Shown here in pieces: positions 25,501 to 38,065 of a DNA stretch of 64,000 nucleotides (its first letter is position 1; the number at the start of each line of letters is the position of its first letter). Location: assembly GCA_030324005.1 (NCBI GenBank), contig JARDVH010000132.1:40700265-40764264 (forward strand), read 5' to 3'. A model generated the notes under the pieces. That model was not told the DNA's origin and made no database searches. It saw nothing but the letters and a program-made list of their open reading frames with translations. Source of the stretch: Negaprion brevirostris. Lineage: Eukaryota. Both the position numbers and the translations under genes were made by a program.

Positions 25501-26958
25501 CTAAGATGAAAAACCAAAAATCAACACAGCCTATGACATCCTAGAGTGATTGACAGCCAGAGTACTAAATCTGTATCAGTGCTGGTATGGTTTAGTTATA
25601 GTTATCCAGAATAATTTGCAAGGGGATTCTTTTTCCCTCTTGATTTTTGTGACAATTATGCCACAATGATTATATGGTCAAAAGGGTGGAATCCCAAGAC
25701 AGCCTGTTGACAATGCATTTGTCATCAGATGCATTGGCACTTACAATGATGTGGTAGGTTGCTGATCTTGGCTGGTCTGTCAGGAAATTACCCAGTGGAG
25801 GCGAGATGCTTCCCTGCAGCAAGGGCAAGTCAAACCAGCAACACTCCCCTATATCTGATGGTGATGCACAGCCAAATCAGCTTAGGCATAAACTGCCTGT
25901 AATCAAGGAATGTTTTGTGACACAGAATACTAGAGAAAGGCAAAACTGTTGTGTTAAACCATTAAAGACCAGGCTGGTACAGCATACGTCTGGCTGATTG
26001 CTAAACATTTGACATTCATATTAGATAATGCAAGGAGGGAAAAATTCAAGATCATTTTGCTTACATGCATCTGGCAAAGACCAACCTGTGTTACTCAGAA
26101 GGTAAGACTGAAAACAAGAAGTTCCGTCTATGGATAAGTGAATCAAGCAAGCATCAAACATTGCAGACACAACCACTGCAGGCATGGGTTCAAGACAAGA
26201 CAAAGGAACTGATGCAAAAGAAAAGCTTGAATTGCAAAAGAAATGTATGAATGCATAAAAGTATCCAACAAAAACCAAAACAAGCAGCATTGGTAACATT
26301 ATGCTTAGTATTAAATTGCTTGACAGCTATTATTTCACCCGGAAGTAGCTGATGAAGAAAATTTGGCAATGGTGTGAAAATAGCAAGACAGTATGCCTCT
26401 TTATTAGCACAGGCTTTCTTCAAATGTTGTTTCAAAAAATTCAAACTGTTTAAGTTTTTAACATCAATCACATTTATAATGATGCTGAGCTTCCCTAGTC
26501 CTTTTGTGGCTATGCTTTGAGTTGCACACTCTGGAATTCCTTCCCTTAACCAATCTGTCTCTTCATTCTTTTGCTGTTTAATGTCGCTTCGAATTGAACC
26601 CTCTTTTATCGCCCTTCCCAATACTACATTCCTTGCCTCTGCATTGGCAATCATTTTCCATTAACCTTTGTGAAGCATTTTGAGACATTTTCTACATGGA
26701 AAATGCTTCATAAATGGAGGCTGCTGTTTACGGTGCACTGAATGGTGCAACCCATTGAAAGCTGCTGCTTTCCTTTGTGTCCATTTTATGGAACACTATT
26801 GAACAGCAATGTGCTGCTGCATAAGGTGAGTGTAGTTTGAGGGGATATGCTAAGAGTAGAATAGGCACATCTTTGGTGAAGTAATGGAGTGGGGAGAGTG
26901 GAGGAGTGTTAGAAAGAGAGACATATGGTCATCTCCAGGATGCTCTCATAGAACCACT

Positions 26959-28220
26959 GAGCAGAATCTTAACAAAGCTGAACTGCACGCAGTGGGAAGG
27001 TTGGTAAAGGGTTGGGAAACCATTTGACTTAATTTGAAATGGGATTTACCATGGTTCTTTAATCAAATCACAACATTAGCATCCCAGTTCCCAACTAATC
27101 AAAGCAGGTCGGCATGATGATGTGCCAAGCCAGAGAAAGGAAGGGTTTCTATTTAAAGGATCTCAGCAGGATTCAAACAGCTGAACAACTGTATGTTGAT
27201 TCCTGTGGTTTAAACAATCCCCTCCCCCCCATCAAAACCATCTCAACTTCTACCTAGTGGTCCTACTGCGAAATCTGAGGGCTGAAGTGAGGTGATGTTT
27301 GCCAAGGATGGGAGTCAGAGGTCAACTTCTCCACCTAAGTAGGTGTGGATAAAAGTGGTCGAGGAAGTGAAGGGAGTGTCGCCTCTTTAACCCGTAGATT
27401 TTGCACTAAGAGGTTCAAGGACCTCCTGAGGGCAACAAAGCTGAGTGAGATACTCAGGGGTTCCCCCCCCCACTCCCCCAAAGAGCTCTGAAGGCATTGA
27501 CACTCACGCATGTCGAGAGAGCTGATGTCCTGCCTGCAGACCCTGTTGGGAGGCTTGCCTCCTTCAAGCTGGATTTCTGTGAACATCCCATCTGCCCTGC
27601 AGAATAACTGAAGGGAAGGTAATTCCTGCTGCTGTTCTTGATGTTGCTGCTCTTCTCTTTATGCATCAGAGGTGTACAGTGGAGCTGCATAAATGGCTCC
27701 TATACCACAGTGATGGCTGACAATGGACAAGTGTAGATCAAGCTAAGCAAGTCCAAGTCAGGTGAACTGACTTTCAAAATGTTGGAAATTGCCAGTCAAG
27801 CAGTGAAAATACTCCCTCAGGAAAAAGTGCTGTGTGCGCCAGTCTCTGACCTAACATATGGCAGCAGTTATAAAGTTTCACTGTTTGAAGGTTTTTCAGC
27901 CTGTCACCTTTACTGAACAAGTGCACTTTGCTGTGTTCTTGCCATGTTGACCCTGGCAAGATGCGGAGAGCTTGGGAAACCAGTGTGCTGGCTGTTAATG
28001 CCAGGGTACTGGGTTAAATTGAAAGTTAATTACCTGCTGCGGGTCATGATGAGTTTTCCCAACAAATGCACAGGGTTTCTTTGCTAAGCCTGCAAACCCA
28101 CCCATGTCATGTCCAGGAGTAGGTGGGATCATGTCCCATTGGTGATCCTGAAACTGCTTTTCAGAAAGGGATAAAACCCTGTACCAAGCCTGACTTCCCT
28201 TGGCAGTTAGAATTCTACCC
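26959..28220 (-). mobile_element. Harbinger-derived element with transposase N-terminal remnant
   Basis: Ends GAGCAGAAT and ATTCTACCC. Peptide RVCRQDISSLDMRECQCL on - resembles the Harbinger transposase N-terminus. Confidence 0.5.
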
Positions 28221-31200
28221 ACTGACCTCCCAGGAGACAGGCGAAGAATCACTGGTAGAAGCATGGGACAAGTGTTTACTGCCTGCCTTCCTTTCAAGAA
28301 ATGGAATTTAGAAGATTAGCAAGGTGGAAATAATAAGAGATTTGTGAATTTTCACCAGACAAAATCAATGCATTCAAAGTAGGTTGGGTTTGACAAGGGA
28401 TGGGCAATCTGCTCCACCCAGGAAGAGATTAAAATCTACTCCTTTATTTTCTGAGGAATTATGAATTTTAATCAGTTACTGTAAACTATATTGATTTTCT
28501 TAAATTAACAATGAAATATAATGTTCCCCCCTCTTATTGTCTCCACAGAGGGTGATGGGCAGAACCAGTCTCCAAATAATAAGCTGGGATAACATATGGC
28601 TCTAGTAATGTGCATAGAAATAGTGCTGGGACTCCAGGTAGCTAATTAACAAAGAGATTACAAAATGCATTTTAGGAGTTGTGTAGGTGAATGGAGATGG
28701 AAGGCGGGTTGAAGCAGCTGGTTAATTGGTTGGTCAGCAAGGTGGGGTAGGATTCTGCCTCGCAGGGGAACAGAAGGATATAGTTCCTGGTACTCCGTCT
28801 GCAGATTGGGCTAATGGGGATGACTTGGTGGCCTTATTAAATAGGCCTCAGGTAATTAGAATCTTTACAGTGCCAAAGGAGGCCATTTGATCCATCAANN
28901 NNNNNNNNNNNNNNNNNNNNNNNNNNNNNNNNNNNNNNNNNNNNNNNNNNNNNNNNNNNNNNNNNNNNNNNNNNNNNNNNNNNNNNNNNNNNNNNNNNNN
29001 NNNNNNNNNNNNNNNNNNNNNNNNNNNNNNNNNNNNNNNNNNNNNNNNNNNNNNNNNNNNNNNNNNNNNNNNNNNNNNNNNNNNNNNNNNNNNNNNNNNN
29101 NNNNNNNNNNNNNNNNNNNNNNNNNNNNNNNNNNNNNNNNNNNNNNNNNNNNNNNNNNNNNNNNNNNNNNNNNNNNNNNNNNNNNNNNNNNNNNNNNNNN
29201 NNNNNNNNNNNNNNNNNNCAGGCAGGGGTTAAAAAAAACAGACCCAAGGAGATCGAATTCCACCATTGCAAGTTGTGAAAGTGACTTCAATAAATCTGCT
29301 AATTTGCTGGCTGGCCTCAGAAAATGGACATGTTACTGGATCATTGAATTCAGGAAAGGGATGCTGTGACGCCTATCTGTAACTGTAGTCCCACAATATC
29401 CGGTTGAAAATTCATGGCCTAGGGCCAGTGAGGGGCAGCCAATGAATATACATGCCAAGAGCTTTTTTAAGAACTGCAAGTTTCTGTATTGGGTCTAAAA
29501 GTGGGGGAAGATAAAAGCACGTTTCTCACCTCTCGGAGATGGGACGTCTTGTTTTGCCTCTGCTGCATCGAGCCGAGCAGCTGTAAGCAGATAAAATTCC
29601 TCCTATTGTCCCAGTGATGGACAACTCGAGGATCTGAACTCATTAGTGGCACTCAAACGCTCCGATTGCTGTCTTAATGAACCAACTTTTTGTAAGGAAT
29701 ACTGTCTCCTTAAATATGAATTTAAGGTCACTTTACAACCAAGATTCTGAGTTGAAATGAATTAGCATTTTGTGGATGATTCAGCTGATGGGATGGAATA
29801 TTTTCAAGGATTTTGCATTGTTGTTATGCTATTAGCCCTCAACAACAGGCTTTTGTTTCATCCTTGGAGCAGCATGTGAAATGTTATCCTTCTGATGCAA
29901 TCTTTTGGGTAAAACTAACATGATATTTATTAAATGGGCCCTGCTTCTCCTGCATCTCTTGAGCAATCACATGGATATCTCAGGTTGTACAAATCTTCTA
30001 CTGAACTTGGTTGATGTGATATGGCAACTAGGTAGGATGCTGGTCATGAAAAGGAATCATCTCTCCACAAGCATGAATGATACAGAGGTAATAACACAAA
30101 CACCACAAAATTATACTTCAATTTTTTAAGATAAATTATTTCTTTGGACAGATCACTGTTTTCTATGATGAATCTTCAGGGTCTGTGTTCCTGCACTTCC
30201 ACTACAGCCTGGCACCAACTTCCCTAACCAAGATTGGCCTCCTTCTGGGCCATAACTGTTCTGTGTTTCTATATCACACAGGGGACAGCGCAGTATTGGC
30301 GTGGCCCAAGGACAACCACATAATCAGTAGGATTGGTGCAAATGAGAACGTGTCTCATTAAAATAATGTAATTATCATGTAAGTTAGCTGAAAGATAGTA
30401 ATCAATATTTGTTAAAATGGATAACCTGTACAGAGTAATTAAAACTAGTTTATCAACTGTGCGACATGCATCTTTTAATTCTACCCTCTTCAAGACAAAC
30501 CCAGAGAAAAAATGTCAAGAGTCCTTTTCTGCTGTTCATTTATGAGAGCTACTAAAATGTCAAAAATGAACAATTTTTGTCTTTGGCTCCTCAGTGTTTG
30601 GTTGTAATTCCACATGCAGCATGATCCTGTACAGGCTGCACTGGACAGGCAGCCCATAATGTCAACTATGTGTCAATAGGGGACAGCAGTGAGATGCTGC
30701 CGTCATTCTGCCATCCCAATCATTGGTGTAACTAGCTTTTAATTGTACTGATTCAACACAGCAATGAGTAAAAGTTGCAGGAACCTTTAAGCACTGCAAG
30801 GACCAAAGGCATTGGACTACAACCTGGTGAGGGTACAGGGGTCACACCAACCATAACTGTTAATGTTTACACAGGTCTCTGTAGTCAATTATAGCTGCTA
30901 CAAGCTACTAAATGTGGGCTTGTAGAGCTTTCCATCTGAAAAAAGAACTAGTGTTAGAAATATACTCTCTTGCCACTGGAATATATCTGGAGTCAGGTTT
31001 AGTACGTTGGAAGCAAAAGTTTTCATTTTAGATATACAGTAAAATAATTCAATTTAGCTGTCAACAGTACTGTGTGGTTTCCATCATATTTAAATAATAA
31101 ATATTTGACAATTATTTCCCAAATTACTGTATAATTAACTAAAGAGATTTTTTTTAATGTACATGGTCCTGTCAGCTTTGCACTCTTTACAGTGAAGAAA

Positions 31201-32064
31201 GTAACAGCAGGCCTCAATGTAAAGTAGTGAATGGTTGGGGTAGAAGCGGGGTTACTAGGCAGCCATTCCACATGACAGCTAGTGATGATCCACAGACTCA
31301 CAATCAGCAGTGTGTTACAGTACATGCATCACTGTATCAGGATCCACACAGTTCAATATCTAACACGCAGCACACGGAGAGAAAGTACATAGCTAAGCGA
31401 TTTGTAAGTTTCTAGTTGTGAAACCGACTTTCTGATATGTGAGATTAATTTGGATTATTAATTAACATGGCATTAATATTCAAGTGTAATGGAGCTAACA
31501 ACCGTAGCTATTAGAGAGCTTAAAATGGTCCATCTTTAACTTGATAGCAATTTTTTTTAAAACTGGAGCTTTAGTTCAATAGAGGTTTTCTTTTCAATTC
31601 CAAACTTGGGTTGAGTAAGAGAAACTAAAATGCATAATTCCACTTTTCCTGTTGTTGAAGATGTAATCCATATTTACTTTACTCCCCAACTCATAACCAT
31701 AAACAAAATTACAAGAATGCAAAGGGTATGTGATCTGTTGGAAGAGTCATAGCTACTGGACAAAATTACTATTTTTCATTCTATCCTTTCTTGTATTTTT
31801 CAGGTAGCTTTGGAAGTAATCACAAGTGATATCTAATACTGAAACCCACTATTGTCAGTTGGCAGTTTAAGCACATTAATTAGTTTTTCTATGTTTCTAT
31901 TAACAATCTGCTAGCTCTCTGGTAATATTCTATTGGAAGTCCTGACTATGGACAGCCAAATGTTGATTTGTAATCTGAGTAAGTATCTACGGTAGTAGTT
32001 ATCAACTGATGATTCAATATTAATTCTATGTGTATGTGTTCCCATCATAAATGTTTATGCGTTT

Positions 32065-32830
32065 TCAAAGTTTATTCATTCAAAGGATGTGGTCAACCCT
32101 GGTGAGACCAGCATTTGTTGTCTATCCCTAATTGCCCTTGAGAAGGTAGTGGTGATCTGCCTTATGGAACTGCTGCAATTCATGTGATGTTGGTACACCC
32201 GCAATGCTGCTAGGAAAGGAGTTCCAGGATTCTGACCCTATTTACAGAGAAGGAATTGCGATAGAGTTCCACATCTGGATGGTGTGTAACTTGGAAAGGA
32301 ACTCACAGGTGGTGATGTTCCCATGCATCTGCTTCCCTTGTCCTTCCAGGTGATACAGATCGTGGGTTTGGAAGGTGCTGTCAAAGTAGACTTGGTGTGT
32401 TGCTGTAATGCATCATGTAGATGGTACACACTGTTGCCACTGTGTGTTTTGGGGAGTCAGGAGACTAGTTACTCGACATAGAATTCCCAGTCTCTGACTT
32501 GCTCTTATAGCCACAGTTTTTATGTGTCCCGTTCAGTCTCAGGTCAATGGTAACCCTCAGGATGTCAATAGCGGGGATTCAGCAATGTGGGCCAGAAAAG
32601 GTAAGGGTGGTCGATTTCCTTCCATCAAATACATTTGTGAAACAAATGGCATTTCACAACATTCAACAATGGTTTCATGGTTATCATTAGCTTTTATTTC
32701 TAGATTCATTCGTTGAACTTAAATTCCATCGATTGCCACAATGGAATTTGAACCATGTCCTCAGCACATTAGCCTGAGTCTCTGGATTACTAGTCCAGTG
32801 ACATTACAACTACAACACTGCCTCCCCATT
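32065..32830 (-). mobile_element. LINE-derived repeat family (tail ATAAATGCTGGCC...CACATCC...ATGAAT)
   Basis: The same motifs recur at 33460-33725 (+), 45500-45790 (-) and 54480-54800 (-). Confidence 0.65.
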
Positions 32831-35101
32831 TACACATGATATATGGTTAATTTGTACGCATGGGCCTAAGAGATGGAAAACTGGGTCAGTAAGTCAATGC
32901 TCATTTCGCAGCCAAAATAACCTAATTACTTCATCCAGTTCTGCTTAGGACTTGTCGTCTGTCAATATTTTTGTTGTAAATAAATTAGTGGCTTGTGATA
33001 GTATAAATGGGTTCAGTCAACATTTTGTTTCAGTGGGAACGCTGCCCATTGTTTACTCAAGAGATCTTTACTCTCTTCAACTGAGTCATAGCAACATCTT
33101 GCAGTCTCTTTTCCACTGCTGAGCAAAAGCAGTCCTGCAAAATTGAGGTTGAATGGGCCTAAAGCAGCCTGTGCTAAATAAGGGTATTCAGAAGGAACAT
33201 GTGCCATGCAGAGCATTCAGCTGAAATATAAGGTCACTGCTTGTTCCACAGTTTTGCTATTTCTTTACTGCTCTTAAGCAAGGTTGCAGCAAGTTGGACG
33301 GTGTGGAATAGCATGAAATTAGAACCATACATTATTCTTTGACACATAGTTTAATTAAAGCATCATTACTTTTCCTTCACTTCTGGTCTCTATTATTTGG
33401 TCCTGACTGCCCAATTCCTTCTTCATGACCAAATCTACTGAGCTCCACAGGCTTTTAAAGGGAGGCAGTGGCAGAGTGGCATTATCACAAGACTAGTCAT
33501 TCAGAAGTCTGGGATACTTCTTTGAGGACAGGATTTGAGTCCCACCACTGTTGATTGTCGTAAAAACCCATCTGATTCACTAATCCCCTGTAGGAAAAGA
33601 AATCTGTTGGTCCACATGTGACTCCAGATCTCCAGCAAGGTGCCTTTTGAATGCCTTAGATGCCTTTTGAAGGGCAATTAGGGAAGAGCAATAAATGCTG
33701 GCCTGGCCATCTCATCAATGAATAGGCAAAAAAATACAAATGAATATGATTCAAATTCTGACAGTAAAAAACTTACAACGTTTCTAATTAGTGTTCTGCT
33801 AATATTAAACAGATTTAAAATGAAGTTTTGCAAGTTCCCGATGGCATTGTCTGGTTTCCACCTAACCTGGCTTAAAAATTAAGGTAAACTGACTTTACAA
33901 ATCTATCTTCATTCTCAACAAATTCTGAAGAATGTACTTAAAAAAATAATAGGGGCTACGTTCTGTTGCTGTCTGCATTCATGTGCATAATTAACTTCCA
34001 TCTTTTTAACTGAGTGAATGGGGTTTGTGGTGATGGTATCACTATTTTTTCAATGCAGGATAAAAAAAACTCTGGAATATTAATTCAAGGTTTATTCCAC
34101 CACTATCCTTGTGTGTACTGAGGATCTAACAAGCCTTTGGGGCTGTTGCATTAACGCCCTGCATATTCTCTCTCAGCAAGAACTGAGAAACGTACAAATG
34201 AAATTTGCAATCAAAATGTTTCTCCAGCCAAATGCTCCCACTTTAATCTGTGCTGTATGTAGCGTAACACAGAAGCATTAGATGCGGTCCAAGGGATGCT
34301 TTTCTATGTGACACAATCCAAAGATTTTACAGGCTAGCAATGAGACTACGAAACACAAAGAAAGGAACAGAACTGTTCTATGGCATTAACATGGAGAAAT
34401 ATGAATCCTTAATTAAAATAATTGTTACTAACAATAAACTGAATGCATATACAAGAAGTCAGCTGAAGAGTAGAGTGATCCAAAACAAGCTCAGCAGGTA
34501 GCTGGTATTTGCATAATTTCACCGTCAGTTTGAAGAATGTTCGTTTAAAAATCTGCAGGTGAAAATATGTAAAGCCACTAGAGTTTGGTAAATAGAGTTT
34601 TGCACTCACCCTTCACCCATGTTCCTGTTGCATTGCCTGATGGCACATTATGCACATCATTGCAGCATAAGAGCAGAATTTTATTGCAGATGTAATTGTC
34701 TTAACAGGATATTGTGTACAGTGAAAATGACATTATCAGAGCAGTGGGTAGAACAATGTGGATACTAAAGTGCTCTATGATCAGTTCGAAACACCACTTT
34801 TTTGCGAGTGGCAATCGTGTTTTTTTTTGATTGGGGAATGGAAAAACAAACTAACAATGGTGGTGTTAGAGGAAACATGCACTACAGTAGTTTTATACAG
34901 GGGACCTCAGCACTAGATGCAAATAGGAGCTGCAGTTGCACATGAAGCCTGGACAGTCATCAGGTACAGCAAATGAACAGGGGCCACTTCCACCTGCAGT
35001 AGCTTGTATTGTAATACAAGGCAGCAGGTTCAGTCACAATGTGCTGCAACAGCTCTGGCAGTAAATAAATGTTGTAAAAAATACAATGATTTTAGAAATA
35101 C

Positions 35102-35188
35102 CTAAAGTACGGTCCTTCAGTGTTTTTATTCACATCTTCTACCCACTTAGCTACATTATATTCTCTTTTGTACCATGGGTTTAAATAC
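35102..35188 (-). CDS. ADAM22: ADAM22 87-nt cassette exon: YLNPWYKREYNVAKWVEDVNKNTEGPYF(R)
   Basis: gctttctgcag|G ... TTTAG|gtattt, phase 2-2. Matches the mammalian alternatively spliced insert YLNPWFKRDYNVAKWVEDVNKNTEGPYFR. Confidence 0.93.
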
Positions 35189-35924
35189 CTGCAGAAAGCA
35201 TTGGTGGGCACAAAGAAAATGGAAGAAGAAGAAAAGAGATCTGAGATCATAGCAAAGCTTAGCAAAGAGCTTCTTTCTTCACCAAAATGCAAGTGAATGT
35301 GCCACATACATCACTATGGATCTTCCCAGAAAACTGCAATGTAGACAAATGACACAATCCAAGCTACGTCAAGCCATGTACAGTTCACCTCACAACAGTC
35401 CTGGGCTGTTTTCTGCCCGTTTTACCTTGGTCTTAAATAATAAAATGAATTGTGGCATGTTATACATTATACACGATAGTGTAAAACAGAACAGCTTACA
35501 TCAAACTTTACTTTCACTTGTAAAATATTACAGTGCTTCTAATCGCTTTAATGAGAGAAAATGATTAAGGAGAACTGTGCAGCAAAACAGGCAGTCTTCT
35601 CCTGTTTCACAGGAATACTATAGAACAATAAATTAGGGACAGTTCATCAAAACAGCAAAGAATTGGAATATTAACTACATCACTTTATTTCCCTGAGAAA
35701 CTGATTGTCACACCTAAGCTATCTCTTTAAACTGGGATAATCTAGGTTAAAGACTGGAGAACAATCCTCTGGCTTCATAAATAAAAATGGATGGAGTAGT
35801 CTTTCAGTGTTTGCCAGCTTCACAGGTCAGTTCATTTGCACAGTGGCAGCAAAATTCACAGACTGTGTGAACACATTACATTTTGGGGCTAGGAAGTGTA
35901 CATTTCATGAAATGCACTATTGGA

Positions 35925-37240
35925 CATGGTCCCTCCAATCAGGCTTTTGCCATTACTACAGTACCAAAGGAGCTCTAATTGAAGTCACAAATGATATCTT
36001 CTGGGGTGTGACTGAAGTGAGCTACCCTTCCTCTAGCTTCTTGGCCTATCTGCAACCTTTGTCAGGGGTTATCACACCTCCAATGCCTCTCCATTGTCCG
36101 TCAGCTGGGTGGGACTGCATCCACCTGCTTAGCTTTCTAATCGTAGCCAGAGAACCACCTACAATGGCTGCTCTTTCTATTCCCTTACTCATCTCCTCCT
36201 CGGATTTCTCCTTAGCTCCCTCCTATTTTGCATCCATGTACTGCCCCTCAGCGACATCATCACATGCTGATGACACCTGCTCTACCTCACTAACAGCTCA
36301 CCTTTGCACTGTCCTTAACAATCAAAATGCTTGATGGACATCTAATATTTTTTGAGCAAACATTTCCTCAAGCCATTTTCTTCACACCACAACTCCACTG
36401 CCCTAGCAAGTTAGGACAAACAAGACTACTCACAACCTTGATGCCATATCTGAACTTGAGATGAGCTACTGACCACATATCCAGGCAATCGCTAAGGCTA
36501 CCTATTCCAAATTTGCAACATCACCTGAATAGACCTTGTCCTGTGTTCATCTCCTGATGAAATCTTCATTTGTGCCACTGTTAACTCAACACCTAACTAT
36601 TCCAATGTACTCCTGACCAATCTCCTACATTCCACCCTCCATAAACTTAAGGTCATCCTGACTTCTCTGTTAATGTCCTTACTTGCACCAACCTCCACTC
36701 ACTCAACACACCATGCTAACTGATGTACATTATTTCCCAGTTAAGCAATGCATCAATTTAAAAATCTTCATCCTTGTTTTCATCTTCCTCCATGACTCAG
36801 CCCTTCCTAACTCTGAGATCTCCTCTATCCCCACAATCCTCCTTAATGTCTGCATTCTGCTAATTCTGGCCTCTAGAGCATCCCCAATTTTAATTGCTTT
36901 ACTATTAGTGGTGTGCCTTTGGCTGCCAAGGCCCTAAGCTCTGGAATTTCCACCCTAAATATCTCTGACTGGCTCACATTTTATCATCCCGCCCACCATA
37001 GGAATTGGAGTCGGCGAGGGCAGACTATTGATAATTCTGTTGACCTTGTGGTTTCGGGATGAGCAAAGCCGTAAAATCCCACTCTCTATCGCTCTTTCCT
37101 CCTTTAAGAGGCTTCTTAAAACCTATCTCTGTTGGTCACTGGCATTAATAACTCCTTGTGTAGCTCAGGCACTCCTGAAAAGCACCTTAGTACATTTTAT
37201 AACATTAAAGGCACTATGTTAATAACGGTTGTTGTAATTG
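35925..37240 (+). mobile_element. L2-clade LINE 3' portion, decayed, with MITE insertion at ~36970-37083
   Basis: LQSGFCHYYSTKGALIEVTNDI resembles the L2 RT motif QSGFR..HSTETAL.KVTND. Tail AAAGGCACTAT...GTTGTTGT. Confidence 0.8.
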
Positions 37241-37369
37241 CTGTTAAAATATTTACAATTTATGGAATTACTGATTGCTCCTATTTAACCAGGATTACTT
37301 CATGATGTAGCATTACCTGTTACAATATGTATGAGTCATATACATTATATATGATTCACAAAAGATAAA

Positions 37370-38065
37370 ATGTTAGTGTGCAGGTACAGCAAGTGATTAG
37401 GAAGACAGTTAGAAAATTGGTGTTTATTGCAAGGGGCATGGGATATAAAAGAAGGAAAATTTTACTGCAACAGTGTAAGACTTTGGTGAGACCATATCTA
37501 TAGTGTATAGTTTAGTCTCCTTATTTGAATGAGGATATAGTTGTGTTGGAAGTGATTCAGGGAAGGTTCACTCAACTCATTTCTGGGATGAAGGGCAAAT
37601 ATTATGAAAAAAGGTTGAACGGTTTGGGCCTATACTTTCGGAATTTAGAACAATTGGCGGGGGGTACAGGGGGGTGGGGACATTGGTTTATTGAAACATA
37701 TAACATTCTCAAGATATTTAAAAGGATGGATAATAGGAGGATGTTTCCTTGTGTGGGGAAGACAAGAAATACAGTTAAAAATAACATGTTTTCCTTTTAA
37801 GACAGAGAGGGGGAGAATTTATTTTCTCTCAGATGGTCATTAGTCTGTGGGATTTTCCAGAAAGCAGCGGAGGTTGGATTACAGAATTAATTCAAGACTG
37901 AGTTAAATAGTTTTCTAATAGACAATGGAGTCAATGTTGTGGGGGACAGACAGAAAAGTGGAGATGCTAGACTAGAACCAGATCAGCCATGATCTTAATG
38001 AATGGAATAACAGACTTGAAGGGCTGAATGGCCTACTCCTGCTCCTAAGTCCTATGCTCCTATGT
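37370..38065 (+). mobile_element. CR1 3' portion
   Basis: LEVIQGRFTQLISGMKG...RLNGLGLY, and tail GGGCTGAATGGCCTACTCCTGCTCCT. Confidence 0.85.

Noticed and set aside
26190-26654. 154-aa - strand ORF
   Set aside because: No recognisable homology, and it abuts a decayed repeat tail.
28837-29369. Long ORFs across N runs (also 62269-62800 and others)
   Set aside because: Artefacts of translating gaps.
30150-30270. Acceptor on - with a peptide (YGPEGGQS...VPG...QT) vaguely like a recalled mammalian ADAM22 insert
   Set aside because: The first AG gives a different frame that stops, the donor is poor, and the similarity is too weak.
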